From positions 58,962,001 to 59,026,000 of the forward strand of contig NC_043010.1 in the NCBI RefSeq assembly GCF_006345805.1: a stretch of DNA of 64,000 bases, written 5' to 3'. A program made the position numbers and the translations under genes. The notes below the pieces were generated by a model. The model was not told where the DNA came from. It did no database searches and saw only the letters and a list, made by a program, of their open reading frames with translations. This document shows positions 37,298 through 50,019 of the stretch, piece by piece. The first letter of the stretch is position 1. Every line of letters starts with the position of its first letter. Source of the stretch: Octopus sinensis (Eukaryota).

Positions 37298-38619
37298 GAT
37301 ATATATATATATATATATATATGCATATATACATATATATATATTGATATTACTCTATCTTAACTGGCAGTAAGTGAAGCAGTGAGGACAAAACAGCTAA
37401 ACATATCTGCTATGATCAATACACCATTGCTGTGGTCATATACTAGACATACATACATATGTGCATACATATATATATATATATTCACATGCATGTATAC
37501 ACACACACATAGTATTGGATGTCTGCCAATTGGACTGATATTTCAGCTGGCAGCAGTGGTGGCGATGGTGGCAGAGGCAGAGGTGGCGGCGGTGGTGGTG
37601 GTGGTGGTGGTGGCGGCGGCGGCGGTCGTGGCGGTCGTGGTGGTGGTTGTGGTGGTGGTGGTGGTGGTGGTGGTTGTGGTGGTGGTGGTGGTGGTGGTGG
37701 TGGTGGGGGTTATGGGGGTGGGGGTGGTTGTATGTGGTGGTGGTGGTTTTAGTGGTGGTGGTGGTGCCGTTTGCCATATATCTGTAGTTTTGGCGTTGGT
37801 TAAAGTGGTGTTGCTAACATACTTTGTGACCACACTGTTTGTGGTGTAGTAGTTGTGGTGGTAGGGATGCTGGTGTAATGGTGGTGGTTGTAGTATCTCT
37901 AAAGTGGTATCAGTTGCAATGTATGGTAGTAGTTCTGATATTAGTTGTAATAGGAGTAGTAGTGGCTATTGTAGTGTATGTGTTAGATTTCATGTGGTGA
38001 TTATAGTGATGTTGTGGTGTGAGTGGTAGTGTTGATGTTAAGGAAGTTGTACTATTGTTAATGTTGTAGCGTTGTTGTAGTGTTTGAAATAACATTGATA
38101 TTGTTCGTGTGTGTTGACTCATTAGTAATTATTTCTGTGCAATTAAATTAGTTTAATAAGACTGACTACCTTAATAGCAGTGGATAGGTAATTAATTTGT
38201 CTGTTGGACACTACATAGCCTCTGGGAGCTTGCAGGACCAGCTAGAAATAGCAGCTAAAGCTCTCTCAAATCACATTCTTCTGTCATGTAAAAGGAATGG
38301 TTTGTATTGGATAATGTGGTCATATATACTCAAAAAACGATGTGGTGGTCATGGCTAGAATGTCTTTCATCACATGGCTTGAACTAAACAATGGCAACAA
38401 CAACAACAATAATGTCTGGTTATTAATTCACTGCAGTTTAATTGATTTAACGAGATTGTCCAACTTGATAACAGTTTTTCTATCAGACATTTGAAAGTCA
38501 ATTAACAACAATATTGGATAAATATTGAATATAAGATGGGATACAGCCACAGTCAGTCGATATTCCACTGCACTTTAATTCAACAATACACTTCTTAGAT
38601 AAGATATTTAGTCAATACA

Positions 38620-39177
38620 TCAGAGTACGGAGTCTGATAGTCATTTAGTATCAGTCTCACAAAGTACAGCTCAGAGATTTACACAATACACAGTCTTATA
38701 GAGTACAGTGTGAGAGTCTATAGTGTACATAGTATGAGAGTTTTATAGAGTACACATTTTTATAGAGTACAATCTTATAGAGTACATAACTAAGGTACAT
38801 AATTTTCAAGTCTTATAGAGTACACACTTTTAGAGTTTTGTAGTGCACACAGTTTAAGAGTCTTGTAGAGTACATGGTCTTACAGTCTTATAGTGTACTC
38901 AGTTTTAGAGTCTATAGTGTACACAGTCTGAGAATTTTATTGAATCCAGTCTTATAGAGCACACAATCTTATAGAGTACATAGTTTGAGAGCTTTCTTAT
39001 AGTAAATAGTTTGCAAGTCTTATAGAGTACAAACTTTTAGCATATTATAGAGTACACAACCTTAGAGTACATTATTTTAAAAGCTAATAGTGCACACAGT
39101 CAGAGTTTTATTGAGTACACAGTTTTCAAGTCTTATAGAGTACAGTCTGAGAGTCTTATAGTAGTAGTAGTAGTAGT
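38620..39177. repeat. Degenerate ~22-25-bp minisatellite (AGTCTTATAGAGTACACAGTTT-like) ending in (TAG)n
   Basis: About 20 recurrences of TATAGAGTAC variants; related block at 43478-43630. Confidence 0.85.
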
Positions 39178-39399
39178 TCAAATGATGGTGGTTGGGGTGT
39201 TGGTATCAGTGATAGTGTTAGTGGAATTGTTGGTAAACATGTTGTTCAGCAGCCAATTTTTGGACAGGCAAAAGAGATGAAAAATGATTTCTATGACAAG
39301 TCCTAAGATCAGTGGTATGATTCATGTGTTGACTGATTTTCCTTGTGCTTTGACTAATCTCTTACAATCACCCCTCTCTTACTTCTTTCAAGTCAACTG

Positions 39400-40033
39400 A
39401 AGAAGATGATGTCAGGTACACTGACCTGATCCTGGATCAAGAGAACAAAAATCTAAAAAACTCACTTGGCCCAGATACCTTTTTAAACTCCAGGAAAGAA
39501 GTATTTAGTCAATACCCACACCTAAAACATTTCCTCCTACAAGCTTGGAATTCCTTATTCATTGAATAGAACCATGGCAGCTTCTTTAAATATCACCACA
39601 GCTGAACCCGACGTAAAGGAGATAACTCCATCCCACCTGTAACACCTTTTACATGGCTACTCTGGATGTATGTTTTTGTTTACAAAACCACTTGACCATG
39701 TTGTCTTCTCCTTCCAGTTGCAGAACGGTTATGTGCCCCTAGCACATATTGCCTATACAGCTAAGCACTTTATAAGTGCAGAACCAGTGGTCACTACTCT
39801 CTGACAGGCCATAACAATCAACTTCCTAAAGTAAAGAAAAATATATATATTACTGCTCGAATATCTTAAAGTACGGTTCATTTTTGGATATATGACCCAC
39901 TGACAATATATATAAAGATACATCATACATACATACATACATACATACATACATACATACATACATACATACATACATACATACATACATACATTCATAC
40001 ATACATACATTCATACATACATACATACATACA

Positions 40034-40064
<31 letters not shown>

Positions 40065-41355
40065 CATTTGTGGTCACCTTTTCGCAGATGATGATGTACT
40101 TGTAGCAACATCTTTAAAGAAAGCCCTGAAACATGTCAACCAAATTTATGTTGTAAATAAAGTCTCCAGGCTTACCATCAACATAAAGAAAGCAGAGCTG
40201 ATCTACCAGCCATGCTTATCACCCAAACAAATACCAGTTTACCAGTTCCCAGACACCCCTACAAAGGTTTATGGAAAGTATCTCAGGTATGTGAAATCAT
40301 CCACAAATCTTGGCAAAACAGTGAGATCAAATACATGTCTCAGTGATAAGATAATCAATCATATAGGAAAATCATTTGGCAAAATCAATCATTGCCTCTG
40401 GAGCGAGAGCTGCATAAAACTAGACACAAGGATACAGGCCGATTAATCTGTCATATTGACTATAGTTTTATGGATCTGAAATTTGGACTCCATATTGGTT
40501 ACACATCAACCAACGAGATGTCTTTGATAAAGGCTGTCATTGGGCAATCTGTGGTTACACTCTTGAGGACAAAATATCAAATGCCGACCAATTTTACTTA
40601 GAGTAAAAGAAGACTGTGGGAACAAATTTAGCAATTTTTGGCAAAAAAACATACCCTTTTGCCAAGTTATAACAAAAAGTTAGTGAAATATTTAAAATGT
40701 TTACAGTTGGATAGATAGACAAATATAACAAAATAATTTGACAAAAAATGTGAATTTTTAATTATTTTTTGAGATTTTACAAAAACAACAAAAATATTAT
40801 TAAAAAAAAATAATTTTTTTTTTTTACTCTAAGAGTAAAATTGGAGGCATTGAGACATTTCTGATAGAATCACAACCATCCTGGGTTGGTCGTATTATCA
40901 GAATGAATAATGAAAGACTATCTAATGCCTTCCTGTATAACCATCTTGATGGTGGCCACAGAAATATTGAAACAACAGCCATGGCTTAGGTACAAAGACA
41001 AACTGGAAAGTAATCATTGAGCAATCAATGCATTTTATGAGATGTTTTGGCAAGCATTCCCAGGATGGAAGGAGATAAGATCTGTATGTTAACTTGGGAC
41101 CAGGGACTTTGAATCTGGCTGTATCCATCAGCTACAAGAACTAATAGGAAGTACAAAAGCATTATCAAGCATAGCAGAAACACTATACCTTAATCCCCAC
41201 CCTTACATGATCTGTGAACTGATTTGCAGATCCTTTGAGGGAGTAAAATGTCATACACAACTTGAAGCATCCAAGCTGAATAAACTGAAGGGTTTATTGG
41301 ATCTTCAGATGCCATAACTAATGGGAGAGTCCATCATCATCATCATCATCACCAC
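39400..41355 (+). mobile_element. Decayed RTE-clade LINE, interrupted by (CATA)n and a small MITE-like insert (40588-40844)
   Basis: FADD at 40081-40092 followed by LTINIKKAELIYQP; WVGRIIRMNNERL...WLRYKDKL near 40890-41010; ends in (CAT)n. Confidence 0.7.
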
Positions 41356-41929
41356 CATCATCAAATATACACACACTTATACACTAATGTATATAAATTC
41401 TATCAACATTCTTTGTAGGAAGCTGCCCTCACTTCAAGCTCAGAACCTTGCAGTATATTCCAGAGAATATTTCTTGGTACCAATATTAAAAATCTTTTTG
41501 CATTAACAGTAATTTGTTTCTCCTCACAGACTTGTTACAAACACGCAGACTATTTTCAAAACTTAAGGGAATATATAATATACTCCCATTCTATCTCAGT
41601 TATAAAACAAAGCAATCATTATTAATTAATTCGGCATTTCATTTTAGATGGAATCTATATTTTCCCTAGATATAATCTCTGTTGAGATTGATCGAAGTAT
41701 CAGTTAATTCTTTTGTTTCTTGTTTTGTTTTGCTTTCATATTTTTTTCAGCAAATAGCAGTAGATTTTTTAATTTAAGGATATGTATTTTTTAGACATGC
41801 ATAAACATGGGATATACAGGGATAAGGAATTAGATAGAAGTGGTTGTGTGAAGAGGAATGGAATTCAGAAGGTCAGGGAGAAGTGGTTGTGTGCAGTCGG
41901 TCGTAGCAGCTTAGGTCTCTACAAAATTG

Positions 41930-42560
41930 CAACAAAAGTTTCTTCGCTAAAGCAATGTCATTCACTTTGGATGGCTTTCTAAATGTGTGATTATGTTTGT
42001 TGAATCTAGACTTAAAAGATTGATGTTTAACTTGAAATAATCTCTGGAGGCTGGATTGTTTGCTAAAATAATGTTGTTTTGATATACAATAGAGTCAATA
42101 AAGTAAGGCTTGTTTAAAATGCATATATTTAGATTTAAGCAGCCACAATTAACAGAATTGTTTACTGTGGACTTGGATTTGATTTTGCTGCTATTGATAT
42201 TGGTTAATGGTGCAACGAAATATTTGTTTTAATTGCACCTACATTTGCATTATTTTCATCAAAGATTTTCTGGTATTCAGTGGATAATATTTGTGAATTA
42301 TGTCTAAAGTTCTTTACCAATACTAAAACATAATAATGAACTGAAAAGTGGGTTGTGTCACATACTATTAGTAGAGAGGGGTTGGGAGGGAAGTGGGGAA
42401 TTATTTTTATGAAGTTGGGGGTTGCAACCAGTGTTTTGATATTGAACTTTGTCTTTAAAACCACTAAGCATGAATGTATTCTTCTACTTGTTGTTTTGAA
42501 TGAGGTTTTGTCTAAAGAATTGTCTGAGAACCATAAGCTAATATCTTTGATTTATTAAAA
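41930..42560 (-). mobile_element. Second Penelope-like GIY-YIG remnant
   Basis: NCGCLNLNIC...DSIVYQ...HQSFKSRFNKHNHTF pattern and upstream IGKEL*.IIHKYYP, colinear with the 33690-34410 remnant. Confidence 0.6.
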
Positions 42561-43477
42561 TTGAGAGGAGGGGGTTCAGGTTAATTTATCTTACTTTATC
42601 AGCAAGTTTCAAAGATGAAGGTTACATCGAAGAGGTTTATGTGTGAAGGATGGGGTGAGTAGTTATTTTTAAATTATAAATCTTCAAATATTTTCATGAG
42701 ATCTTTCTTTAATCTGCCTGATTTTGATCTGCTAAAGTTCCATGACATTGTGAGCCCATCATCACGTTATATACCCCTTTCATACATAGGGAATTTATGT
42801 TTTTAGGATGGATAAAAATCTGCTTAGTTTAGCATTACTAATTCCCTTGGTAACCCCCACACCCAGTTCTCACCCTTAAACTGATTTTGCCCCACATCAT
42901 CATCATCATTGAACATCCATTTTCTATGCGGATATGAGTGAGTCATTTTCTATGCGGATATGGTTCAACACTTGTTGGCTGTCATGTGATTCTTTATTAT
43001 ACATCAAAGGGTCTTTCACAATTCCAGGTAAACAACAATATCCAAATATCAAAATTTCTAGAGTTATAAGTGTCAAATCCCTCAAGTTTGAAGAAAGGTG
43101 GGCTCTCACAGAAATTGGAAATACAACAGAAGATGTTGAAGAACCTTGCAAGTTCCTCCAAAAAGCAATTTATTATGATTCCTTTGAAATATTCTTGTTG
43201 TCTAATTGTTGGCATCCGGTTTAATCCAACAAGGACAACCTTGAAGTTAAGTGTCCCCTCTTAGATTGAATGTAGACAGTTCACAAGAACTGGACATCTG
43301 GATGAAAATAACACTAAAAATAAAATTTGTTTTAGTCTAAAAAGATCAATACAAAAGTCTTTAACAACCAAGGTGGACTTAGACACACAGTGAGATTCAT
43401 TAGGCAGCAGGAAGAGAAAACATTAAGTCATTTATGGAGGTTTGGAAAAGGTTTGTGAACGATAAAGCTGTGATTTA

Positions 43478-43603
43478 TCTCTTATAGAGTACAAAGTTTG
43501 AGAGTTTCCTTATAGTAGTTTGCAAGTCTTATACAGTACCAACTTTTTGCATGTTATGGAGTACACAGTTTTCAAGTCTTATAGAGTACAGTCTGAGAGT
43601 CTT

Positions 43604-43630
<27 letters not shown>
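43478..43630. repeat. Shorter copy of the 38620-39177 minisatellite end, also followed by (TAG)n
   Basis: Same unit order: TCTTATAGAGTACA-AGTTTGAGAG...GTTTGCAAGTCTTATA...AGTTTTCAAGTCTTATAGAGTACAGTCTGAGAGTCTT-(TAG)n. Confidence 0.85.
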
Positions 43631-43685
<55 letters not shown>

Positions 43686-45330
43686 TAGTAGTAATAGTAG
43701 ATGATGATGATGATGATGATACAAAACTGCTGTTTCAGAAATATGGAAGAAGTACTTTGAGCCTTTTGAATAGTGATTCATTAACTGAAGAGAATCGTCT
43801 TGAATCAGTTCCACAAATACCAGAAATGATACAATGTGTCAACAAGGTTTAATGAAGTTCATACAACAACCAGATAACTGGAACCAAACAAGTCTCTTTG
43901 CTAGGATGAGACACCCTTTGGTGTCTAGAAATATGATGGAAACACATTGAGTTGTAAAGTCAGGGAATTTCTTTCCTTGGAGTAACAGGCATGTTATCCA
44001 AGAGTTTAAAGTTTGCTTCCATCAAAAATCTTTACAAAACATTGCTTGTATAGCATCACCTAAAATGACAAAGTCTGTAATGATGACCTTTTTGTTTTTC
44101 AAGAAATGCATTTCAGGCATAGAAGCATTCCTTAAACAACCTCAACTTAGAGAGATTAATCATCTGTATAATAATCTGCTTGTTCATTCGCCCATTATAC
44201 TTTAGCTAGTTAGAGAGGTGGAGTAAAAGTGAGAGAGAGAGGAGAGAGGAGTATGAGTAGAGAAGAAGTGAGGAAGAAGTAGAGAAAGAGAGGCAAACAG
44301 TGAGAGAAAAGTGGGAGAGAGAAGTGTTGACAGTGTGTGGTAGAGTGGAGAGGGAAAGTTAAAGACAAAAAGATATGTTTAGGATACAATATTTAGCAGA
44401 GGTGATGTTCTGGTGGTGAGATTAAAGAAAGGCAGATAGAGAGAGATGGACAAGGGAGGCAGCTACATTGAGAGAGAGAGAGAAAGAGAGAGAGAGAAGC
44501 AGATAGTGTTTTTATTGTCAGAGTAGAGATACATTGACAGCAAGAAACATTAAATATAAACAAACAGCTGAACTGAACTGAAATGAAATGAGCTTTGTTA
44601 CTGAAAACTATGATGATGATGATGATGGTGGTGGTAGTGGTGTGTTGATGGTGAAAATAATTTATTTTTTCTATTGAATGAAATCTATATTATTATTATT
44701 ATTCTACCCATTTGTTCACACTTTATGCTTTAGTTTGTTAAGGAGGAGTGAGAGAGAGGAAGAGGGAATGTGAGAGTGAGTGAGAGAGTAGAAAACCAGG
44801 GGATGCATTATGCTGGCACTCCTGTGGTTAGTGGAGAGGGAAAGAGAGACATGGGGGAAAGAGAGACATGTTAAAGACATGAAGAGGCAAATTCCATGGT
44901 TGAAGAGTTTGTTGAAGAGGAAGAGAGAAAGAGAGAAATATAAAGTGCTTAGCTGAGGGAAATTTTAATATCATATTATAATATATTATTGTGACTAGAA
45001 GTGAAATAACTTAGCAAAATAAAGATGCAAATCATCCTTTCTTTCTTAATAGCTAATCTTCTTCGTTCTGTGGAATTTCCACGGGTCTCACTAGTTAGTT
45101 ATTACTCACATAAGTCAGATGAAGGACGTAAGTCTACTCAAAGTTGTTCTATTCAGCAGCCAACTTTAAGAAGATACATGAAATATAGATACATACATAT
45201 ATATATATATGTATATATACACAATTTTAAAATAGGATAAAATCTTCATAAGAATTTATCAAGTAGTTAGCGTGAAAAACCTCATAAGGGAAAAAAACCA
45301 TCATTTTTTTTTCCTTTAAATTTATTTATT

Positions 45331-45548
45331 TATATTATATAGAGGGCACTGTTACACATAGATGCCTCATGCTAGGAGGGACTCTTAAAGTCAAAACTAC
45401 TAAAATAAATAAACACATTGTACCGAAACAAATTCTCGAAGCAGAATTGGCTTCGGTATGATGTGTTTATTTATTTCAGTAGTTTTGACTTTAAGAGTCC
45501 CTCCTAGCATGAGGCATCTATGTGTAATAGTGCCCTCTATATAATATA
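45331..45548. repeat. Fold-back palindrome, 97-bp arms
   Basis: Arms 45331-45427 and 45452-45548, about 4 mismatches. Confidence 0.95.
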
Positions 45549-45574
45549 TATATATATATATATGTATGTATATA

Positions 45575-45821
45575 AAATTAGTGTACATCTAAACACAAAA
45601 GAGGTGACCCTAACAGGACACCTAACATGCTAGAGGGAGCAGTCAAAATCCAAGCTATGGTTAGGGGTAATTTCAAAGAGGATGAAAATGAATGTTAATG
45701 CTTTTATTTTTCATTCCCTTCGAAATTACCCCTAAGCGTGGTTTGGATTTTGACTGGTTCCTCTAGCATGTTAGGTGTCCTATTAGAGTCACCTCTTTTT
45801 TGTTTAAATGTACACTAATTT
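45575..45821. repeat. Fold-back palindrome, ~115-bp arms
   Basis: AAATTAGTGTACAT...GATGAAAAT and its reverse complement, roughly 12 mismatches. Confidence 0.93.
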
Positions 45822-45989
45822 CATATGAATAATATATAGTCTATTGACTAATTTCTGCATGCAAGACATCTGATAGAAAAAGATTTCTATAATTTTCCTA
45901 CCCTGTATATTTTGCCTTATATACACACACACACACAAATATATATATATATGAGTGTGTATGTGTATATACATATAAAAATATATGCA

Positions 45990-46191
45990 TAACAAAGATG
46001 TACAGGTGTCAATTCATTACAGCCGTTTCAAGCAGCTCCATTTAATAGATTAATGAAAATATTACATCAGTTTGAAAGAAACTGTTCCCAATGAAAACAG
46101 TTCTTTCAAACTGATGTAATGTTTTCATTAATCAATTAAATGGAGCTGCTTGAAACGGCCGTAATGAATTGGCACCTGTACACCTTTGTTA
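45990..46191. repeat. Fold-back palindrome, ~97-bp arms, containing GAAAC-GGCC-GTA
   Basis: TAACAAAGATGTACAGGTG...AACTGTT and reverse complement around loop CCCAATGA. Confidence 0.95.
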
Positions 46192-46514
46192 CTTATTTAT
46201 ATTCTGTTCCCCTAACTTGTAATCAACACTTTGGAAATACTATGGAAAGTACCTTTATAAAAAGTACAGGTCTGAATTACCAAGAGCGGATATCTTCACT
46301 TAGATAGGTTGCACTGTCCACACACATGACAGGAATATCAAGTACGAACACCCCCTACATGGAGTCTTGATATTCAATATTCATATAATATTGTTGGGGT
46401 GTGCAGATTATACCGAACTAACAAGGTGTCTCAATTTAAGTACCTCATTCAACTGGGCCTTAATTATATGATATATATATATATATATATATATAAACAT
46501 CATCAATGGAAATT

Positions 46515-46822
46515 GTAGCTGTGATACCAGTGCCAGTGGCACATAAGAGAACCATCCGATTGTGGCCGTTGCCAGCCTCGTCTGGCCCCCATGCTGATGG
46601 CACGTAAAAAGAACCATCCGATCGTGGCCGTCTGCCAGCCTCGTCTGGCACGTAAAAAGCACCCACTACACTCACGGAGTGGTTGGTGTTAGAAAGGGCA
46701 TCCAGCTGTAGAAACACTGCCAGATCAAACTGGTGCTGGCGCAGCCTTCTGGCTTCCCAGACCCCAGTTGAACCGTCCAACCCATGCCAGCATGGAAAAT
46801 GGACATTAAACAATGATGATGA
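46515..46822 (+). mobile_element. SINE family B copy with internally duplicated body
   Basis: AACCATCCGAT(T/C)GTGGCCGT...GCCAGCCTCGTCTGGC twice, then the RTE-type tail. Confidence 0.85.
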
Positions 46823-46845
46823 TGTATATATGTATGTATATGTAT

Positions 46846-47232
46846 ACCAACCACATGGTTCCGTGTTCAGTCCCACTGTGTGCCACCTTGGACAAGTGTC
46901 TTCAACTATAGCCTCAGGCCAATCAAAGCCTTGTGAGTGGATTTAGTAGACAGAAACTGAAAGAAGCCCATTGTATATATATATATATATGTATGTATGT
47001 ATATATATATATGTATGTATATGTTTGTGTGTCTTTGTCTGTCCCCCCAACATTGCTTGACAACCGATGCTGGTGTGTTTACTTCCCTGTAACTTAGCAG
47101 TTCAACAAGAGAGACCGATAGAATAAGTACTGGGCTTACAAAGAATGGGTCTTGCGGTCGATTTGCTTGACTAAAAGTGGTGTTCCAGCATGGCCGCAGT
47201 CAAATGACTGAAACAAATAAAAGAATAAAAGA
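46846..47232 (+). mobile_element. SINE family A copy, 5'-truncated
   Basis: Colinear with 8297-8672. Confidence 0.88.
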
Positions 47233-47432
47233 AAATGGATCCACACATATATGAAGGTACATGGCCTAGTTGTTAGAGTGTTGCACTCATGGTCACTGGA
47301 TTGTGATTTCAATTCCTGAACCGGGTGGTATAAACATTTGATCACAATAAACGAATCACTTGAGCAAATCGTTTGGCAAAAGCTGAAGGCTCATACGCAG
47401 TCTTTGTCAGGAGAGTCCATCATATATATACA

Positions 47433-47781
47433 TACTCTTTTATACTCTTTTACTTGTTTCAGTCATTTGACGGCGGCCATGCTGGAGCAGCGCCTTTAAT
47501 CGAGCAACTCGACCCCGGGACTTATTCTTTTGTAAGCCCAGTACTTATTCTATCGGTCTCTTTTGCCGAACCGCTAAGTAACGGGGACATAAACACACCA
47601 GCATCGGTTGTCAAGCAATGCTAGCGGGACAAACACTGACACACAAACACACACATGAAGATTGTCGATTAAGACAAGAAACAATTGTAGTGGCGGTTTT
47701 TTTTGACTATTTATTAAAATTTTATGTATTGATTAAGTCTTTCCTTGTTTGTTTTGCAAAATAGTGGTTTTGTCTCTAATA

Positions 47782-47863
<82 letters not shown>

Positions 47864-48028
47864 TACGACAGGCTTCTTTCAGTTTCCGTCTACCAAATCC
47901 ACTCACAAGGCTTTGGTCAGCCCGAGGCTATAGTAGAAGACACTTGCCCAAGGTGCCACGCAGTGGGACTGAACCCGGAACCATGTGGTTGGTAGACAAG
48001 CTACTTACCACACAGCCACTCCTGCGCC
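47433..48028 (-). mobile_element. SINE family A copy split at its internal microsatellite
   Basis: 5' half 47866-48028, 3' half 47433-47655, separated by ~210 bp of unrelated AT-rich sequence and (TA)n. Confidence 0.8.
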
Positions 48029-48410
48029 ATCGTCATTTAACGTCCGTTGTCCATGCTGGGTTGGACGGTTTGACCAAGGCTGGCAAGCAGGAAGGCTGCA
48101 CCAGACTCCAGTCTGATTTGGCATGGTTTCTATGGCTGGATGCCCTCCCTTACACCAACCACTCTGAGAATGTAACGGATGCTTTTATGTGCCACCAGCA
48201 GGGGTGCCATTTGCTCAACACCAGTATCTTCCTCAACTGTGATTTTACTTGGTTTGATGGGTTTTCTTCTCAAGCAACAGCATAATGCCAAAGGCTTCGG
48301 TCATTCGTCATTGCCTCCAAGAGTCCCAAAAAGTCTCAAAAGGTGCTTTTCATGGGCCACCAGCATCATCCACTCTGCCTTTGTTGCAGCCAATGTTTGA
48401 AGGATGCTTT
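48029..48410 (-). mobile_element. RTE LINE 3' end / family B tail
   Basis: Tail as in 26105-26300 followed by TTCTTCTCAAGCAACAGCATAATGCCAAAGG, homologous to the 3' coding end seen at 55800-55870. Confidence 0.75.
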
Positions 48411-48711
48411 TTACATATATATGTACAGACAGATAGATGGATAGATAGATAGATGGATGGATGGATGGATGGATGGACGGATGGACAGACAGACAGATAG
48501 ATAGAAAGATACATAGATAGACAGGCACACACACACACACACACAAATACACAGACAGATATACATATATGTATATATATATTCATACATATACTCACAA
48601 ATATATATCTATACACACACACACACGTGTCTTTTGGGCAGGCATTGCTTTGTTGGCTAAGAAATTCTCTTCACAATCCCATGTCTCCAGGCTTGCTCTC
48701 ATACTACACCA

Positions 48712-48798
<87 letters not shown>

Positions 48799-50019
48799 GT
48801 CTGTCTGTCTCTTTTCTACTCCTACTTCAACAACAAATTCTCTAAAAATTCTCGTTTTACGCTTGCATTCAGTATAGACACAGTTGCCTCCCTTGGATTT
48901 GTAGATACAGGATCATGCTAATACCTACCAATACACACACACACTCTCTTTCTCCTTCTCTCCTCTCTCTTCTCTCTCCCTCTCTTTCCTCCTCTCTCTC
49001 TTTCTCACACATACATACATTTCACTTAACGCATAAAGCGTGACGGGCCACAATCGTAGCTGTCAGGTACAGGTCGATAGGCCACGATCATGGCCCAGAT
49101 AGATGCATTTAATTTATGGGCGTTTTTGTGAAATGTCTGTCAAGAGATAGTTCAACTAATGACTTTCAGATAATTTAAAACTTGCCACCATTATATACTA
49201 AGAAGTATATAATTTCAACTATTTCTTTGTTTTTTATGCATGCATGGTAATCCCATTTTCATGAAATGTGCTCGGCAGGCCATGCAATGTAAGTGCAAAT
49301 CCCAGCGCTTCATGGCTTAAGGAATACTAACAACCTGTTGTTAGAACTCCACATAATTATGCTTCAGAGGAAAACGTTTGCAGAGAGTAATAGGAAATTG
49401 GACAAATGATAAGGGAACGGGAAATTAAGCAAGGAACTCAATTAGCTCTCTGCTCAGATGAGGCAAACTCTGTCTTTAACGCTCCGCTACCTTGCAACAC
49501 TTTCCGCTCATGTGAGACACTTCAGGATTAAACCTTCAAGATTGGTCAGGTAGATTCCTGTGACTACACTGCACTGGCCCTTGCTCATTACTTGGACAAT
49601 ATCAATGGCATGGACGGATGAAACCTGCTTTGTAGGGCACTGCTGGTCTTCCAAAGTAACTCTGCAGAGGTCTGCACCCTGGAGAGTGCACTCCAGCATT
49701 GTCGCAACACAATGGCACAACATGGTAAGCAGCAGTTTATCAGTTATAAATCTGTGCTGGAACTGATGTGAACTTACATGTCAGGGGCAGCTCTTGACAG
49801 TAGGAACTGAACAACTACCGTCCACCTCAAGCTGTACAAACTCCAGCCAATTAAGGTGCTGCCCTGCTAGAGTCCACCTGCCTTACTAGGTGTGTATGGC
49901 TAAAGGGTACAAGTAGACTGGATTGTGGATGGGAAAATACTGCCTCAAACATAATAACAAAATCACCCAAGAAGCCATCACTCAGGATAGGGTGATGGGA
50001 AATACAAACCCTAATCCCT

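Noticed and set aside
42934-43850. Unique-looking short open frames (42934-43224; KYGRSTLSLLNSDSL... at ~43740-43846)
   Set aside because: No recognisable domain and weak splice signals; cannot be supported without RNA-seq or homology search.
45112-45145. CAGATGA-A-GGAC-GTAA-GTCT resembling a hammerhead 5' core and stem II
   Set aside because: U4 mutated and no GAAA after the stem.
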